The notes under the pieces were generated by a model. The model saw nothing but the letters and a program-made list of their open reading frames with translations, was not told the origin of the DNA and ran no database searches. DNA of 64,000 nucleotides from the human T2T-CHM13v2.0 reference genome, Homo sapiens: assembly GCF_009914755.1 (NCBI RefSeq), contig NC_060927.1; one strand, written 5' to 3'. The number at the start of each line of letters is the position of its first letter. Position 1 is the first letter of the stretch. Both the position numbers and the translations under genes were made by a program. Below, one piece after another: positions 16,477 through 32,234 of this stretch.

Positions 16477-16928
16477 TAGTCTACATATTTCATTTTGGGG
16501 ATCACAGTAACTGGATTTAACTAATCAGTGGGACAGAAGGTTACAATTTGAATGGTTCTGAATTGTTCTGCCATGAGCAATCTAAAAGTGAAAACCAATC
16601 TAAACATTTCAGTAGAACCAGAAACTGGACAAGAGAATTTCAGTTCCCTCTACATTGAAAACATTTCTCTTATAGAGTATTGTCCTACAATGCAGGTAAA
16701 AAGACCCTGATAAGTCCAAGGTTCCTGGGAAAGTTGCAATGAAACACATTAGACAGGCCTAGGATAAATAATGACAGGTCTCTGTTAGTGCGTGTTATAG
16801 TGACATATCTCAGATTTGGATCCTATGCAATTGTGATATCTACTGTTTCATTCATAACCTCATTATTTCATTAATGAAATATAATAATAATTACATAATG
16901 ATAATTTAGAACCAGTCTTACTCTTTGA

Positions 16929-17351
<423 letters not shown>

Positions 17352-18538
17352 TAATGGTTAAAAAATGCTCCAAGAACACTCACTAACTGATGCTGGTCTT
17401 TTTATGTAAGGAGGTTTATAATGACAGTTCCATCATACTTAGAGACCTCTTAATGCAATATGCTAAAAAAAAAACCCTTTGGTTCACAATTGTACAGTAT
17501 CATTAACAGAAATACTTTGTAATAATATACATATATTTCACTGCAGTGTTAATTACCAGAATGTGTTTATATTGCTCCAGAGCCTTTGTGGTATAGGCAA
17601 CATGGAAGAATTTCCCTAAGCCAGTGATTTTTCTTAACTATGGCTATTTATGGAATTTTGAGTTTTCTTCTGAGTATGTAAATCAATTTTCTTAGTGGTT
17701 AGAAAACTACTACTGATTATACTAAAGAACGTAAGATAATCAGAGCTAACCCTTATGATGAGACAATTACAGACATGAACAATTTGGGGATCCTAAAATT
17801 TAGCCTAAGTATTGGCTCTGTAATTCTCATTTTATCATTTTAATTTATAAAATAGTTTTGATTAATGTGGCAAGAGAAAAGAAACATGAACACATTTAAG
17901 TAGATTTAAACACAATCATTTAAGTATATTTAAATATAAAAAGTATATTGATGTACCTGTATATAGAAGCCACTTATCATTCATGATAATATGCATGCTG
18001 ATAAACATATCTCATATGCTCATTTATTAGCCTGTAAGCCCTAAACATTTTATACCTAGAATCGCCTTAAGAACATGAGACAACGTAGTATACAGCCATG
18101 AGTTTCATTTTTTTCTAGCTATATTAATAGTCTGCTCTTCACAAAGAGTCAGAATAGCACAGTACAATCCAATTCATTTATGAAGAGAGTCAAATGCATG
18201 CTAATCTACTCAGTTATTTTGACAACTTTAATGACTTAATTGACTCACTAACCATGAGTGTGGCTAAGACAATAACTGCTCACACAATGCTCTATTTTAT
18301 GTCATTCAGGCAAAATGTTATTTTCCTCTAGGACTGCATTTTCCTCTAGGACTAATAATTGACTTGCAAAATTTAATTACACAGTTTTTGAAAACACAGT
18401 GTCAAACATTTAAAAAAAGAAAAGTTTAAAATGAAAAAATATTTAATACTTTAAAGGGCAATTTAAAAAATTCCCTTAGAAATTGTTAAGTTTAGAAATA
18501 GCACATACACATATAATTCTGGTAGAATGAAAACATCA

Positions 18539-18874
<336 letters not shown>

Positions 18875-20859
18875 TCATAGTCTACATAAACACTTTTTTA
18901 TAATAAAAATCACAGTTTTTTGAAAAATATAAAGATGATATAAATTAATTTTAGTTTTCACATACATGCTTTAGTTCATAAAATACTTTTCTAAGAAAAA
19001 ATAAATTTTATTCTTGTATTCTAATTCTCATTATTTTGCATTGGGGTTAGGAGAAAAGTGACTCTAGTATTTCTGTACAGAAATGTATATTAGCTCATCT
19101 AACTTGTATACATTAAAAAAGTAAACTAAAAATCAAGATTTTCTTTCTTCTAAAAAACTATTTTCATAATTTTGAATAGAGCAGAAGATATTTTCCAATT
19201 GTTAAGCTGTATTAAAACTTACAACTGAGGGGCAATAAAAGTGATACATCTATGCCAAATCCTGTATTTAAATCAAGTCTACTTTTGAACCTCCAAATTT
19301 AGAATGAGAGTAAATACATCTACTTCTTATTGATAAGAAACCTAATTGCCAAAGTAATTAGTGCTAAACCTACTGCTTTATTCTCATTTTCAGCATCATC
19401 ATTCAGTTACCGTAAAGAAATCTAATTCATTTAAGGCTCAATAATCTCTTATCTCTCATTTGTGCTATGGAATTTGGTTTTATGAATCAGAGGAGAGAAA
19501 GGAAGTCCCCTGCCTCCAGTGCACTGATTAACATATAGGTTAACATATTAAGTTCCGGTATCAGGAATCAAAATATAGAGAAATGATTATGCTAAAATGG
19601 AGTTTCCAATAACTGCCAGTAAAGCAGACTGGCAGAGCTCTGCCCTATCGCTTTTGGACATTTGTGACATACTCTGACCTTAGCAAATACATTTCAATGG
19701 CGGTATACATGCAGTTATCCCCAGCTTCACAGTTTCAACTGAGGGAGCACACAGAGACAACGCTAGAACGGTACCTGCTGATGCTGCAGCATGTATGGCT
19801 ATTTTAAGATTCCTTCGGGCTGTTTGTTGCTATCTTTGAAAACAGATTTGACACTTATTCAGCAGATCCTTTGGATTATTAAGCTTGCAAATTAAGCTTT
19901 AGCAAATGCTGTGTACTAGTTATGATGGGCAAAAATTTCATGGAAGAAGGAAAAGTTGCGTTTTGTTCTTCCTTCCTCCTTTTAGTCTGCGAGTATGGGA
20001 GGTATGAGTGATCTCACTGGAAGTGGTATAAGACCTACAGCACTTATGATCATGTTCAAGCAACTCCACTGGATCCCAGCACATATGACTCAGTTTAATA
20101 AGGAGTTCTCTTATAATGAAGCATTATTAGAATAGGTACATTTGTTAATGTGATTTTTCTTCCTCTGGCTCTTTGCTGAATAACTTAGGTAAAAAGAAAA
20201 CCCGTTTGTCTAGATTTTCTGTATTTTACTCGTCTGTGTGGGCTCCCTTAATCTCACATTAAAACGAGTGATCTTATCATCTGGAGCCTAAAGGTGTATT
20301 TAAACGAGTAATTCCTGAAGCACTGTAGTCATCCAAAACAAGATGTTGCTGCTGGGAAGAGAGAGCTAGCCCTTATCTCACGGCTGTGTTGGATTACAAT
20401 TCTGTTGCAGGCAGCATTCAGCTCTTTTCTGTTTCCCATGTCCTTGCAGTGCTGTCCTCCTCTATGTATTACTGATACTTATGAGACATTCTTTATTCTA
20501 CCTGATAATTTACAACTGCATTTTCCACACTGGTGAGATCAATTCGATTAGTGATTGAAAAGTAATCTCCTGATGTTGCTGCCACTTGTTGGTTGGCTTG
20601 TTTTAATTATGCCAGCAGATCTTTACTCTCACAAAATTGAAAGGATGCCAAGATATTTTCTGCCCACCTCAAAAGAGTCTGAGCCGTCGCCTAAGAAGAT
20701 CATTTCCCCAAAGCTGGGAGAAGGTATTCTTAATTGTGTGTCCTGGAAACACTTAGTATATTGACATGTTTAAACGACTGAACAATAATTGCCTCTCCAT
20801 GACAAGTACAACTTTAAAATACATGTGCAATAGCATTTTACAGTTTCCAAAAAGCTTGG

Positions 20860-21050
20860 GCATGTTAAAGAGTTTCTGCTTCCTAAGAGTCTCTTGCTGT
20901 AGGGAAGATAATATGAATCATCTTCATTTTACAGGTGGGGGAAACTGCAGTGCAAAAAAAGTTAAATTAACCAATTTCTCAGTGAGTAAATGGCAGACAA
21001 GGGTCAGGATTCCAGGTCCTGTGCCATGGCGTTTTGTGATCTTTTCACTA
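20860..21050 (-). mobile_element. MIR
   Basis: CATTTTACAGGTGGGGGAAACTG core. Confidence 0.7.
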
Positions 21051-22476
21051 TACCTTCAGGTTCTTCATAACAGAACCCTGTTGGGGTACACGGACATTTA
21101 GAAAAGCTGGCTATGTAAGAATTTTGCTGTCTGAGTCTTTCCAAGTCCTTTCAGTCTAGTTCCATCAGTGAAAGTTCAGTTTGCTTGCAATCAGTTGCTC
21201 CTTCCCAATGACTCCCCTTTGTGAGCTGAATCATCTTTCCTAACCCCTAAGGGCATCTAACTCTTTTGATTATTTCAGAACTTTATGGTAATATTCGTAT
21301 TCACTTCCAAAACTATTTTTATCAAACTTATTTTACGTGTCAAAATTGAATGTTCTCACAGACTACAGTAATAATTCCTTTAAGAATGTGATAGCACCCT
21401 TGAGCCCTCTCTCTTAAAAATATATATCTTTCTCCAAATATATCTAAAGCTGTATCAGTGTCATCATCAACATACACCCATATGCACACACATACATTTA
21501 GGGCAACACCTAATTCTCATAGGACTTTCCACTGCACTTTCCTCACAACCCATAATCCAGCAACTCACTCTTTGTAATCCCTGCTCTTTTCAATGATTTT
21601 ATGCTATGATCTTTGGCATATCACTTTTATATATAATATGGCAGCTTACAAAGTGGAGTGCTGGCATCACTCTGAGAAGTGGGAAAACAGTAGAAAGATG
21701 GAAGACCTAGGGGTACCACAGAGATCCTCATGCCTGACTCCTATCTAAACCTTTGAAAAGTGAGAGAATTTAATGAAATAAGAACTTTAACAGCTATGGT
21801 AAAGTCATGTATTTGTTAGGTACGTCCTAGAATTAGGAATGGTAGATGTGGTTTTGAACCTACTATATGGCCATAAATTAAATAATGAATTCCTCTGAAT
21901 CTAGAAACTTACTAAATTCTACATATTTTAAAGAATTTAAACATAGTAGTTTAAAGCAACATTCTAACATTCTATTTGTGTGAACACCACAATGCAAAAA
22001 TTAGTTATGTCATATAATGCTTCATTCAGTAATATAAAAAATCCAGAGAATTTTATAACTAGAATGAATTCAGCCTTCAATTTACTACATGAAAGAAAAG
22101 AAAGATACATTTTTCATTGACTCCTTTAAGGTGTTTTAAATTAAACTTCATCTGCTAGTCAATAATGTAGAAATCTGCTTAATATAAAATGTTATGGAGA
22201 AAACAAGAACAGAAGGAAAGTGAAATGTTGCATAAAGAATAGAAATGTTCATAATTGAAAGAAAAATAAAAAACTGCCTTCTGCTCATTTCTTGAGAAAC
22301 AGTTTTGAATCCTATTAATATTTAATTTTTGCCAATTGTCCCCTAAATATCCTTTACTATTAGTTTTTCCAAAACCCAATTTTTACACACATTACATCTG
22401 GCCAAGCGTAGTCCCCTCTCCCTAACCCCTTTCCTTCATGCTTTTTTTCCATGTTGCTTATTTGAAGAGTTGTTTA

Positions 22477-22743
<267 letters not shown>

Positions 22744-23124
22744 TTAGAAGTGAGTTTTTGAGCAGTGTTAAATCATAATTTGTGCTAAGAACTCATTTCT
22801 TCTTTTATAGTTTTATGTCTGAAAGGGGCTTTATAGGCTATCTACTGCACACACTCATGAGATCCCTGTTATACTTCCATCACGACTCACAAGTGATCAC
22901 CCAGCCTGGGACGAAACATACCTAATCTACTTTTCTCTTCAAGCAACCCATTCCACTTGTTATAAATTCTTCTCCATATTGAATAGAAATTTTGCTCCTT
23001 GAGATTATATTATTTCTACCAAGACAAGCCATAAAGAATAAGTTCAACATGTAGTCATCTTTTAAATATTTACTAATAGTTATACTATCTCCATGTGTCT
23101 GCTAGATATATTACTAAATACATA

Positions 23125-23230
23125 CAGTCAGTCCTCCATATCTGTGGATTTTGCATCTGTGAATTGAATCAATTTCAGATAAAAAATATTCAAAAAAGGA
23201 ATGCATCATTGCATCTGTACTGAACATCTG
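23125..23230. mobile_element. MER2-like TcMar-Tigger end fragment
   Basis: TA+CAGTCAGTCCTCCATATCTGTGG...CATCTGTACTGAACA. Confidence 0.7.
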
Positions 23231-24278
23231 ATTTTTCACAATAAGTTGTTAGATAGTATTAGCATATTACAGCAAAATTAATAAAAGCTATCATTATGTT
23301 CAAATTTATTAGGCTCAAAATGTCTAGAAATGGTACTTGATACAAAAATCTATAATTAAATATGCATTGGTACCTTAGAAATCTTGTTTCTTCTAGCCTA
23401 AGTAGAAATACAGATAATTTAAGTGCTTTTTGTTTTGATTTCCTGGAAAATATATCATTAATCTCAGAAATGTTAGTATATTATCATTACTGCAAACATT
23501 ATCACATTAATAGAAACTGTGAGCAAGGAACAATGAGCCATCATTTTCAACCCTTGAAAATCTTTGTCTAAGTCAGAGATGAAGATGGACACGCTACAGA
23601 AACTTTTTCTAGTAGTGTTGCCTCCATTTTAGTCAATCCAGGTCAGCCTTCTCTAATTCAAACTGAAACTGATAATCAGAATATTACTGAGTTGAGAAAG
23701 AGAGAAAGACTGAGATGCAAATGATGACTACCAGGCACAGGGACATTTAAAGTCACTCAATATAGCTGAAAATGATTTCAGCCTACCAATATATTTAATG
23801 CTGAAATATGGATAATGAAAATAAATAATCAAAGACATGGCAAATAATGAAATATTGTGGAATTTAAAAAAAACTATTAACATAGAAGTTTAGCTTTTGT
23901 TCTTCAAAATACTTTGACAAATCTTCCAAAAACTAAAACAGTACAGTTTAGAGAGTAATGTTCTAGAATACTTTAAAAAACAACTGAATTAAAATACCAA
24001 TTAATGAATTACTGGTTCACAACGTAGGCTTTTGATAGCAGTGGCTAAGTAAGGCAAGCATATCATCAAAAGCAATGGTTCCCAACCTAGGTGTTAAGAA
24101 TCACTGACTGGTAGTCATGTTATTGTAAGTTCTCACTGAGTAAGTAGTTATGTTATTACAAGGGGTTGGGAATCTATATATGCATTAGGCATTGTCTAAA
24201 GACTAAACTATGTTGTTATACACGTTTGACACTGTATTTCAAAGAACGTACATGTTTTTACTATTAAAATGCAGATTA

Positions 24279-24565
24279 TATTGTTCCCTTCTTTGTGTCC
24301 ATGTTACTCAATGTTTAGCTCACACTTGTAAGTGAGAACATGAGGTATTTGGTTTTCCGTCCCTGCGTTAATTCAACACACACCAGGGCCTACTTGAGGG
24401 TAGAAGGCTGGGGGAGGGTGAGTATGGAAAAACTACCCATCAGGTACTATGCTTATTACCTGGGTGACAAAAAAATCTGTGCACCAAACCCCAACAACAG
24501 GCAGTTTGCCCAGTAACAAACCTGCACATGTACCCCCTGAACCTAAAAGTTAAAAAGAAAAAAGG
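24279..24565 (+). mobile_element. Very short older L1PA 3' end with a 5' inversion (24279-24374 minus, 24375-24565 plus)
   Basis: Both pieces are adjacent L1 3' UTR segments in opposite orientation, followed by an A-tail. Confidence 0.8.
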
Positions 24566-24599
24566 AAAGAAACCATTAGACCCAAACATTTAATGTGCC

Positions 24600-24970
24600 T
24601 TTTACGCAACGAATGATCAATTATGGGAATGTGACAAGACACAAGAGCTTGTGCCGGGGGCAGTAAATTGTGGGAAAACAACGAGGAAATATATGGGGGA
24701 AACTGATGGAAGACAGGGGTTATTTTAGTAGGTTTGTTTGTACAGGTCTGTTTCGGCATGGCTTCCCAATGTCTGGTGACGAGAATGTCCTCCTATTCCC
24801 GGCACAGGAACGACAACTTTTTCACGGGCAATTTTATGATTTGCTTTTAGGTAGAAAGGAGGGGATCAAAGAGCTCTTTCTCCATCTCTTGTTTCTCAAA
24901 CAGCTTCAGCTCAAAATAATCAATAAGCCAAAGTGGCATATTTTGGGGTAGCATGTTCTGAACCCGTTCC
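24600..24970 (-). mobile_element. MER34/MER39-family ERV1 LTR
   Basis: The minus strand starts ...CAGAACATGCTACCCCAAAATATGCCACTTTGGC. Confidence 0.75.
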
Positions 24971-25127
24971 TAACCAAATTCAACTTCTCACTAATAGTAG
25001 AGATGATTATTTCCTCCTATGAACACTTTCATTTTAGTCACCTGAATTACAATTTTTAAAATGTTATAGGAAAATTATTTAAGGTTGCAAAACTAAAAGT
25101 AAGAATTCCCTCATTTACTTAGGGGCA

Positions 25128-25128
<1 letters not shown>

Positions 25129-25160
<32 letters not shown>

Positions 25161-25432
25161 CAGGGTCTGGCTGTCACCCAGGCTGCAGTGTAGTGGCACG
25201 ATCTTGCCTCACTGAAACCTCTGCCTCCCTGGGCTCAAGCAATTTGTCCCACCTCAGCCTCTCAAGTAGTTGAGATCACAGACACAGACACATGCCACCA
25301 GACTGATTTTTATATTTTTCGTAGAGATGGGGTTTCACCATGTTGCCCAGGCTGGTCTCGAACTCTTGAGCCCAAGCAATCTGCCCACCTCGGCCTCTTA
25401 AAGTGCTGGGATTAATGAGCTACCATGCCTGG
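25129..25432 (-). mobile_element. AluJ-like, with a T28 tail
   Basis: GACAGGGTCT...GGGCTCAAGCAAT motifs typical of AluJ. Confidence 0.9.
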
Positions 25433-26574
25433 AATGCTTTTTTTTTTTTTTTCTCTTAATAAAGGAGAATGTTCTCAACAAAATTATTTCTCTGACACAG
25501 AATTAAATAATATTTAATCGTTATTTTCAATGTTATAGTAAAATAAAAATCATGTGTCCATCATTTTACATGCTTTTCCCACAATAAAGTACAGACTGAG
25601 CTTCACACACCAAAAAATGCAATTTTAAAGTCACAAAATTTAATAGTTTTTGTGTATACTTTTCTCAATCAAAGGACAGTAAAAGAACAATTGCTATACA
25701 AGGATTCATTTCTCTTTGACACTGAAAGAGATCATCATATTGAAAGTGTTAGAATCTACTTACTTTATATAATTGGTAGCCATAAAGGAAAAGCTTATGA
25801 AAGCCATAGAGAAAGTTTCAAAACATCAATTTAGACATGTTTCTCTGGCCTATAATTTAAAGAAAAAAATTTTCTGTGTCCAATTGTGCAATCACCCAGT
25901 TCTGTGTCTACATCGCCCAGGGAACACAATAGCTTCCTTTAGAAAATGTGGCCTTTAAAATCCAGAAATTTCTACAAATTTAAACACTAAGTGAAAGGTA
26001 ATGCGTGTGAAAGAGCTTTATAATTGTGAATTGCTATCATATATTATTCAAGTATCAGGAAACTACATGTTTTAGGAATACTGCTTAGAATTAGAACAAG
26101 CCTTTTCAAGCAGGTTATTTGAGCAACTGATTTGTTTGTTTTACACATTCTCTCACTTGGGTACTCCCTCACTCTCTCTCATGTGCACACACATACACAC
26201 AGATGCACACATATGTACATACATGATATGGGACCCACACAGCACCACAATTCCTACATCATCCTTTTTCTGTGAAAATTTATCTCTGAAAATATGACTC
26301 AAAGCCAATGTATACTTATTTTAAACTACCTTCGTTATATGGTTTCCAATACATAGCACACAAAATAAATTTAGCAGGACACCTTAAAAGGTCATCTGTT
26401 ATCCATAGCTACCTCCCTATGCCTAGCAGAGGACCTTCTCCTAATAGGTTCCCAATTTCCCAATAAAACTTTGAAACTGATATTCAGAATGACAACACTG
26501 ACTTACCAAGAAAAGCCAAATTACATATATTGTTTTTTATAATTGAGGAAAGTACAATAAATTATCTTTACTCC

Positions 26575-27050
26575 CCCATTCATTTACTAAGTACATACAA
26601 TGTACAAGATATTGTGCAAGAAACAAAAATAAGGAAGACATGGTCTTCATGTACATGTGACTCACAGCCTGTAAAGGGAGATTAGGCATGCATATGAACA
26701 TGCGTAAATAGAGCAAAAAGCAATATGCAATGAGAGGGAGAGTCAAGGAAGAAAAATATGAGGGACGAGCCATATATGAAGACTTTTGAAGGCTGGGTTA
26801 GGGTCTTAAGACTTATTTTATTAGTTAAGTGTGATAGTGTTTAAAATTCTTGAGAAAGTGTATCACAATAAAAAAAAAATTAACCCGGAGGTTGTAAACA
26901 GTATAAAACAGACGGCGGAAAGACTAAGTCGGGAAAAGCAGTCAGGAGTCTAACAACAGTCCAAGGATAGTTAAGTATGGCTAATCTCTGACTGTGGGAA
27001 AGGAGAGACATAGACTGAGTTTCAGAAGTACAAGTGACAGTATTCAAAAG
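26575..27050 (-). mobile_element. L2 remnant
   Basis: CATTCATTTACTAAGTAC...AAGACATGGTC...CTCACAGCCT. Confidence 0.55.
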
Positions 27051-27272
27051 TAAGGAAACTGAGACTGAATTAGGGAATCAGAAGTGGAAGGGAAGAGCAG
27101 TTGTGCCCAAAGGCAGACAGCTTGTTAAGTGGTAGAGTTGGGAGGTGCGCGTAAGTCAAATGTAGATCTGATTACTTTACTCTCTATATGCGGCACCAAT
27201 TTTATGCCAAGAATACGGCAGTGTTTTCATATACAGTTTCTTGTTTATTTCTCAGGTTGAAATTCTTCATAT

Positions 27273-27656
27273 TGTTATATTTGAGATAATTCATAAAGGA
27301 AAGAGGTTTATTTTGGCTCACAGTTCTGCAGACCATACATATAGGAAGCATGGTGCTGGCATCTGCTTTTGGTGAGGGCCTTAAGAAGCTTACACTCATG
27401 GCAGAAGGAGAAGGGGTCCAGGAATGTCACATGGCAAGCAAGGGAGCAAGAGAGAGCAAGGAGGAGGAGTGAAGCTCCTTTAAGCAACCAGCTCTCATGT
27501 GAGTGAGAAGTCACTTGTTACCATGGGGAGGGCATCAAGCCATTCATGAAGAATCCTCCCTCGTGTCCCAAACACCTCTACCAGGCCCCACCTCCAACAC
27601 TGGGAATCACATTTCAACATGAGATCTTAAGGGGACAAATATCCAAAACATATCAC
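27273..27656 (-). mobile_element. MST (MSTB-like) MaLR solo LTR
   Basis: GGCTCACAGTTCTGCAG...CATGGCAGAAGG...GGCCCCACCTCCAACACTGGG...ATCCAAAACATATCA. Confidence 0.9.
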
Positions 27657-29302
27657 ATTCCAAGCATAAAGAGGACAGAATGAAAATGACAAGAGAAGAA
27701 TAAAAATAGAAAAATCAGATAAAATGATATCCATCTAAATTACTGACATAATTAGATATACAAGATTGCCATTCCTAAAAGTAATGTTGAGGTCTGAATA
27801 TCTGAGATTTACTATACTTGTTCTAGTCCATTTCTTATTTGGTCCATTTGATCATTTTATTAGTAAATACAAAACACTGGATCATAAAATTTACCTTGTT
27901 CAACTGGAAAAAAATACAGTGGGAAAAGAATGAAAATTTTTTAATAGTTTTTTTTTTTAAAGGAGATCAAATAGGTCCCTATCAGTTTGGATAGCATTTT
28001 AAAATATTATGATTTCTTATTTTAAATTCAAGAGCTTCCTAAGTATTTGATATATCTATCAACAGGTTGAAGTAGATAAGTTTTCAGCCATTATTTTATA
28101 ATCCATGTCCTTAAATTTGAACCAAGGAAGAGCCAGTGTTCTGAAGGAGGCCTGTACTAATAAGATTAAAGAACAGTGAAGGCATGAAGACTCTTAAATT
28201 CAATGGCTCTTCAAATACTTCAAAAGCTGCTGTGTTTGCTCAGGCACTTGATAAAGTGTCTGTTCAAAGTATAAGGATTTTGATGTAAGAAGTACTATCA
28301 TTTATATCATTCTGCACTAAACTCACTTCACTCCCACTGATGAAGCTAAGGAAATTTATTGTAAGGTACAACCCTTGAGGTTTCAAATTGAGTGACAAAA
28401 AGAAGAGTTCTCCAGTGACTAGACGACTATAACGATGGCAGAGCGGGTAAGTTACAATGTATCTTCAAATCTAAGACATCACCCATTTCAAGATGAATTA
28501 TTTTATATATCTCTAATAAAGTGAAAAAATATCACTACCACATCAATATTGTAAGATACATTCCAACTGAAGACAGGCTAAAATGTGAAATAATGTAGGT
28601 TTTTGGAATATGAATTTAGCATGTTATTTTATATCTAATTCTTTAATCAATCCATTCATATTACCATGATTAAAATAATGCCCAGGAGCTAAGTGACCCC
28701 AGGAAAGAGAATTTATACCGAAGGCAGAAAATATCAGGTTCAAAATTCTAAGGAATGTTTTAATTAATGGAAATGTAAACAAATGTCTGGTAGGGTAAGA
28801 ACAGTTGCTGAAAAGCAAGGAGAGTTTCATGATTTTAGTAGTCTGAAGAGATCTATACAGCACAGGGCTTGCCACAATGTTCCAACACAATCCTTCCCTT
28901 TTTATGTTACATGGATTGAATTTTATTTATTGCTGGTTGTACTCCAGAAAACCTAAGGTTATAGCTATCTAGCATCTCAAATAGATCTGTCCATTTATTT
29001 TATAAACATAGCCAAATTATGCCTACTTTATTGTCCTGAATCACAGAAAAGGCTATGAACTACAACTTTCAGTTTCTTTCTCTAGTCTCTTTCCAAATGC
29101 AGGAGTGGCAAAGACTTGTGATATATTACTACATAGATAATGTGCAGGTCTGTTAGTGTGTGGTGGAGGGGTGTCGTGGTCGGGGGGTGTGTGTCTATGT
29201 GTGTGTGTATTTGTGTATCTTATTTAGGTAATTCTATCTTTACTTCTGTGATCTAGAGTACACATTAAACTTAAGCAGTCATCATTAAAAATGACAGTTC
29301 TG

Positions 29303-30521
29303 CTAGCTAGCCATTTGTAGAAGACTGAAACTGGACCCTCCCTTACACCATATACAAAAATTAACTCAAGATGGATTAAAGACTTAAATCTAAAGCCAAA
29401 ACTATAAAAACCCTGAAAGACACCCTAGGCAATACCATTCAGGACACAGGCGAGGGCAAAGATTTCATGACGAAGACACTAAAAGCAAAAACTGACAGAT
29501 GGGATCTAATTAAACTAGGGAGATTTTGCACAGAAAAAGAAATTATCAACAGGGTAAATGGACAACCTACAGAATGAGAGACAATTTTTGCAAACTATGC
29601 ATCTGACAAAGTTCTAATATTCAGCATCTATAAGGAACTCAAATTTACAAGGAAAAAAACAAACACGCCAACAAAAAAGTAGGCAAAGGACATGAACAGA
29701 CACTTTTCAAAAGAAGATATACAAGCAGCCAACAATCATACGAAATAAAGCTCAACATCACTGATCCCTAGAGGAATGCAAAACTACAAAGAGACACCAT
29801 CTCACACCAGGCAGAAGGGCTATTATTAAAAAGTCAAAAAATAACAGATGCTGGCGAGATTGTGGAGAAGAAGGAACACTTAAACACCATTAGTAGGAAA
29901 GATATATTCCTACCAATAAATTAGTTTGAACATTGTGGAAGACAGTGTGGTGATTACTCAAAGACCTAAAGACAGAAATACGATTTAACCTAGCAATCTC
30001 GTTACAGGGTACATACTCAAAGGAAAATAATTCAGTCTATTATAAAGACACATGCAGGCACATGTTCACTGCAGCACTATTCACAATGGAAAAATCAGGT
30101 AATAAACCTAAATGTCCACCAATGACAGACTAGATAAAGAAAATGTGGTACACATACACCATGGAATGCTATGCAGCTATTAAAAAGCATGAGATCATGT
30201 TCTTTGCAGGGACATGAATGGAGCTGGAGGCCATTATCCTTAGCAAACTAACACAGAAACGGAAAACCAAATACTGCATGTTCTCACTTAAGCAGAGCTA
30301 AATAAGGAGAACACATGGATGCATAAAGAGGAACGACACACTCTGGGGCCTACCAGAGGGTGGAGGGTGGGAGGAGGGAAGAGGATCAGGAAAAACAACT
30401 AATGGGTACTAGGCTTAATATGTTGGTGATGAAATAATCTGTACAATGAACCCCCATGACACAAGTTTACCTATATGACAAACCTGCACTTGTACTCCTG
30501 AACTTAAAACATAAGTCAAAA
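29303..30521 (+). mobile_element. Older L1PA 3' portion (~1.2 kb)
   Basis: ORF2 end plus 3' UTR. TSD AAAAATGA(C/G)AGTTCTG at 29287-29302 and 30522-30537. Confidence 0.93.
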
Positions 30522-30723
30522 AAAAATGAGAGTTCTGATATTTTAATTACTTTTCAAAACTATTTATGGCCATGTGACCTTTATGATTATATTTCTTTCA
30601 ATGGAATATCCAGTTAGTTTTTTTTTTAATCTCCCTGACTTTAGCTTTTAAAAATCCCCCAATATTATAATATTTCTAAAATAAAATTTATAAGAAAGTA
30701 ATGTGGAATTAAACAGAGAACTT

Positions 30724-31045
<322 letters not shown>

Positions 31046-31093
31046 TCAAAGCAAATTTTAAAATATAAAAAAGCCAAATGCAACTTTTTTCTT

Positions 31094-31140
31094 TATACAT
31101 ATATGTGTGTGTGTATATATATATGTGTATATATATATAT
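31094..31140. repeat. (TA)n/(TG)n compound microsatellite
   Basis: Read directly. Confidence 0.85.
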
Positions 31141-32234
31141 TTGTTGTTATTAGATTACCTTAAAATTTTAATGACCTTGAAAAAAGCAAGATCTTCATGC
31201 ATAAGCTAAATATGCATTCAAATGTGTGAACACTGTCTTCGTTAAAAGTTTAAATGACAACCGTACATTTTAATTAAGTGCAAAACAGAAGCATATTTCT
31301 ATTATAGTCTAGGATGTGCTCATTTCTTCAACAAAAGGTTTCTGGTTTTACACTACAAAATAAACTCCAATCCCTGCAAGTATGCTTCTTCGGCCATATG
31401 TTTTTAGAAACTGTACAATGCAAAATAGCAATAAGACAAGCTCAAAGGATGAGGGGCTCAAATGTCACTATCTACCAGGTTAATTATTGGATTACTATGC
31501 TTTCTGAAATGTATTTTCATGCAAATTATTAGTTTATTTTTAAGCATGCTTAATGACACACATCAGTAAATAGCAAATCAAATGGTAATACAAAATTTTG
31601 AGTACTACCTATTTCTCTATGTAAATAGGACATTTATTCTAAATACTTTACGGAATACTTCTGACTAACCTACTTAGAAACTTTTCTGTATCCTAGAAGA
31701 TTATATAACTTAAACTAAAAAATGTCACTGTTTCTCAATAATTTGAGAAGGAAGAAAAATAGAAAAATGTGCTCACACTTCTGCACTAACCTCTCCCTAA
31801 AACTGCTGCTGTCTGTCTGTGCCTTTAGGATTATCCAAAGAACTTGTAAATTCAATTATCTGATGAAGCGATGGCAATTATTTAAAACTGAAAAAGAAAA
31901 AAATAACAGATTTTTATTCACCTTTTTAACCACATCTTTTATTATCAAAATGAGTTTACACCCTGCAGACTAAACACTTTTTTTAAAAAAAATTGTGCTT
32001 TTAAACTCAAAATAATTTTGATTCAGGCTATAAACACCTTCCCCCAAACAAACTTACTCTGGGAACAGCCTTCAATGCAGTCAAGTGCAATATAGCTAAA
32101 TAAAAACATAATTGGAAACGGGGACGTCTCTGAAAAATAAAGACAATCATAAGCAGTAAGAAAGCATTATCTGAGCCATTTCAGGCAGAAAGACAGGGAT
32201 AGGAGACAGCATTCTAAAACACTAAAATATGGTG

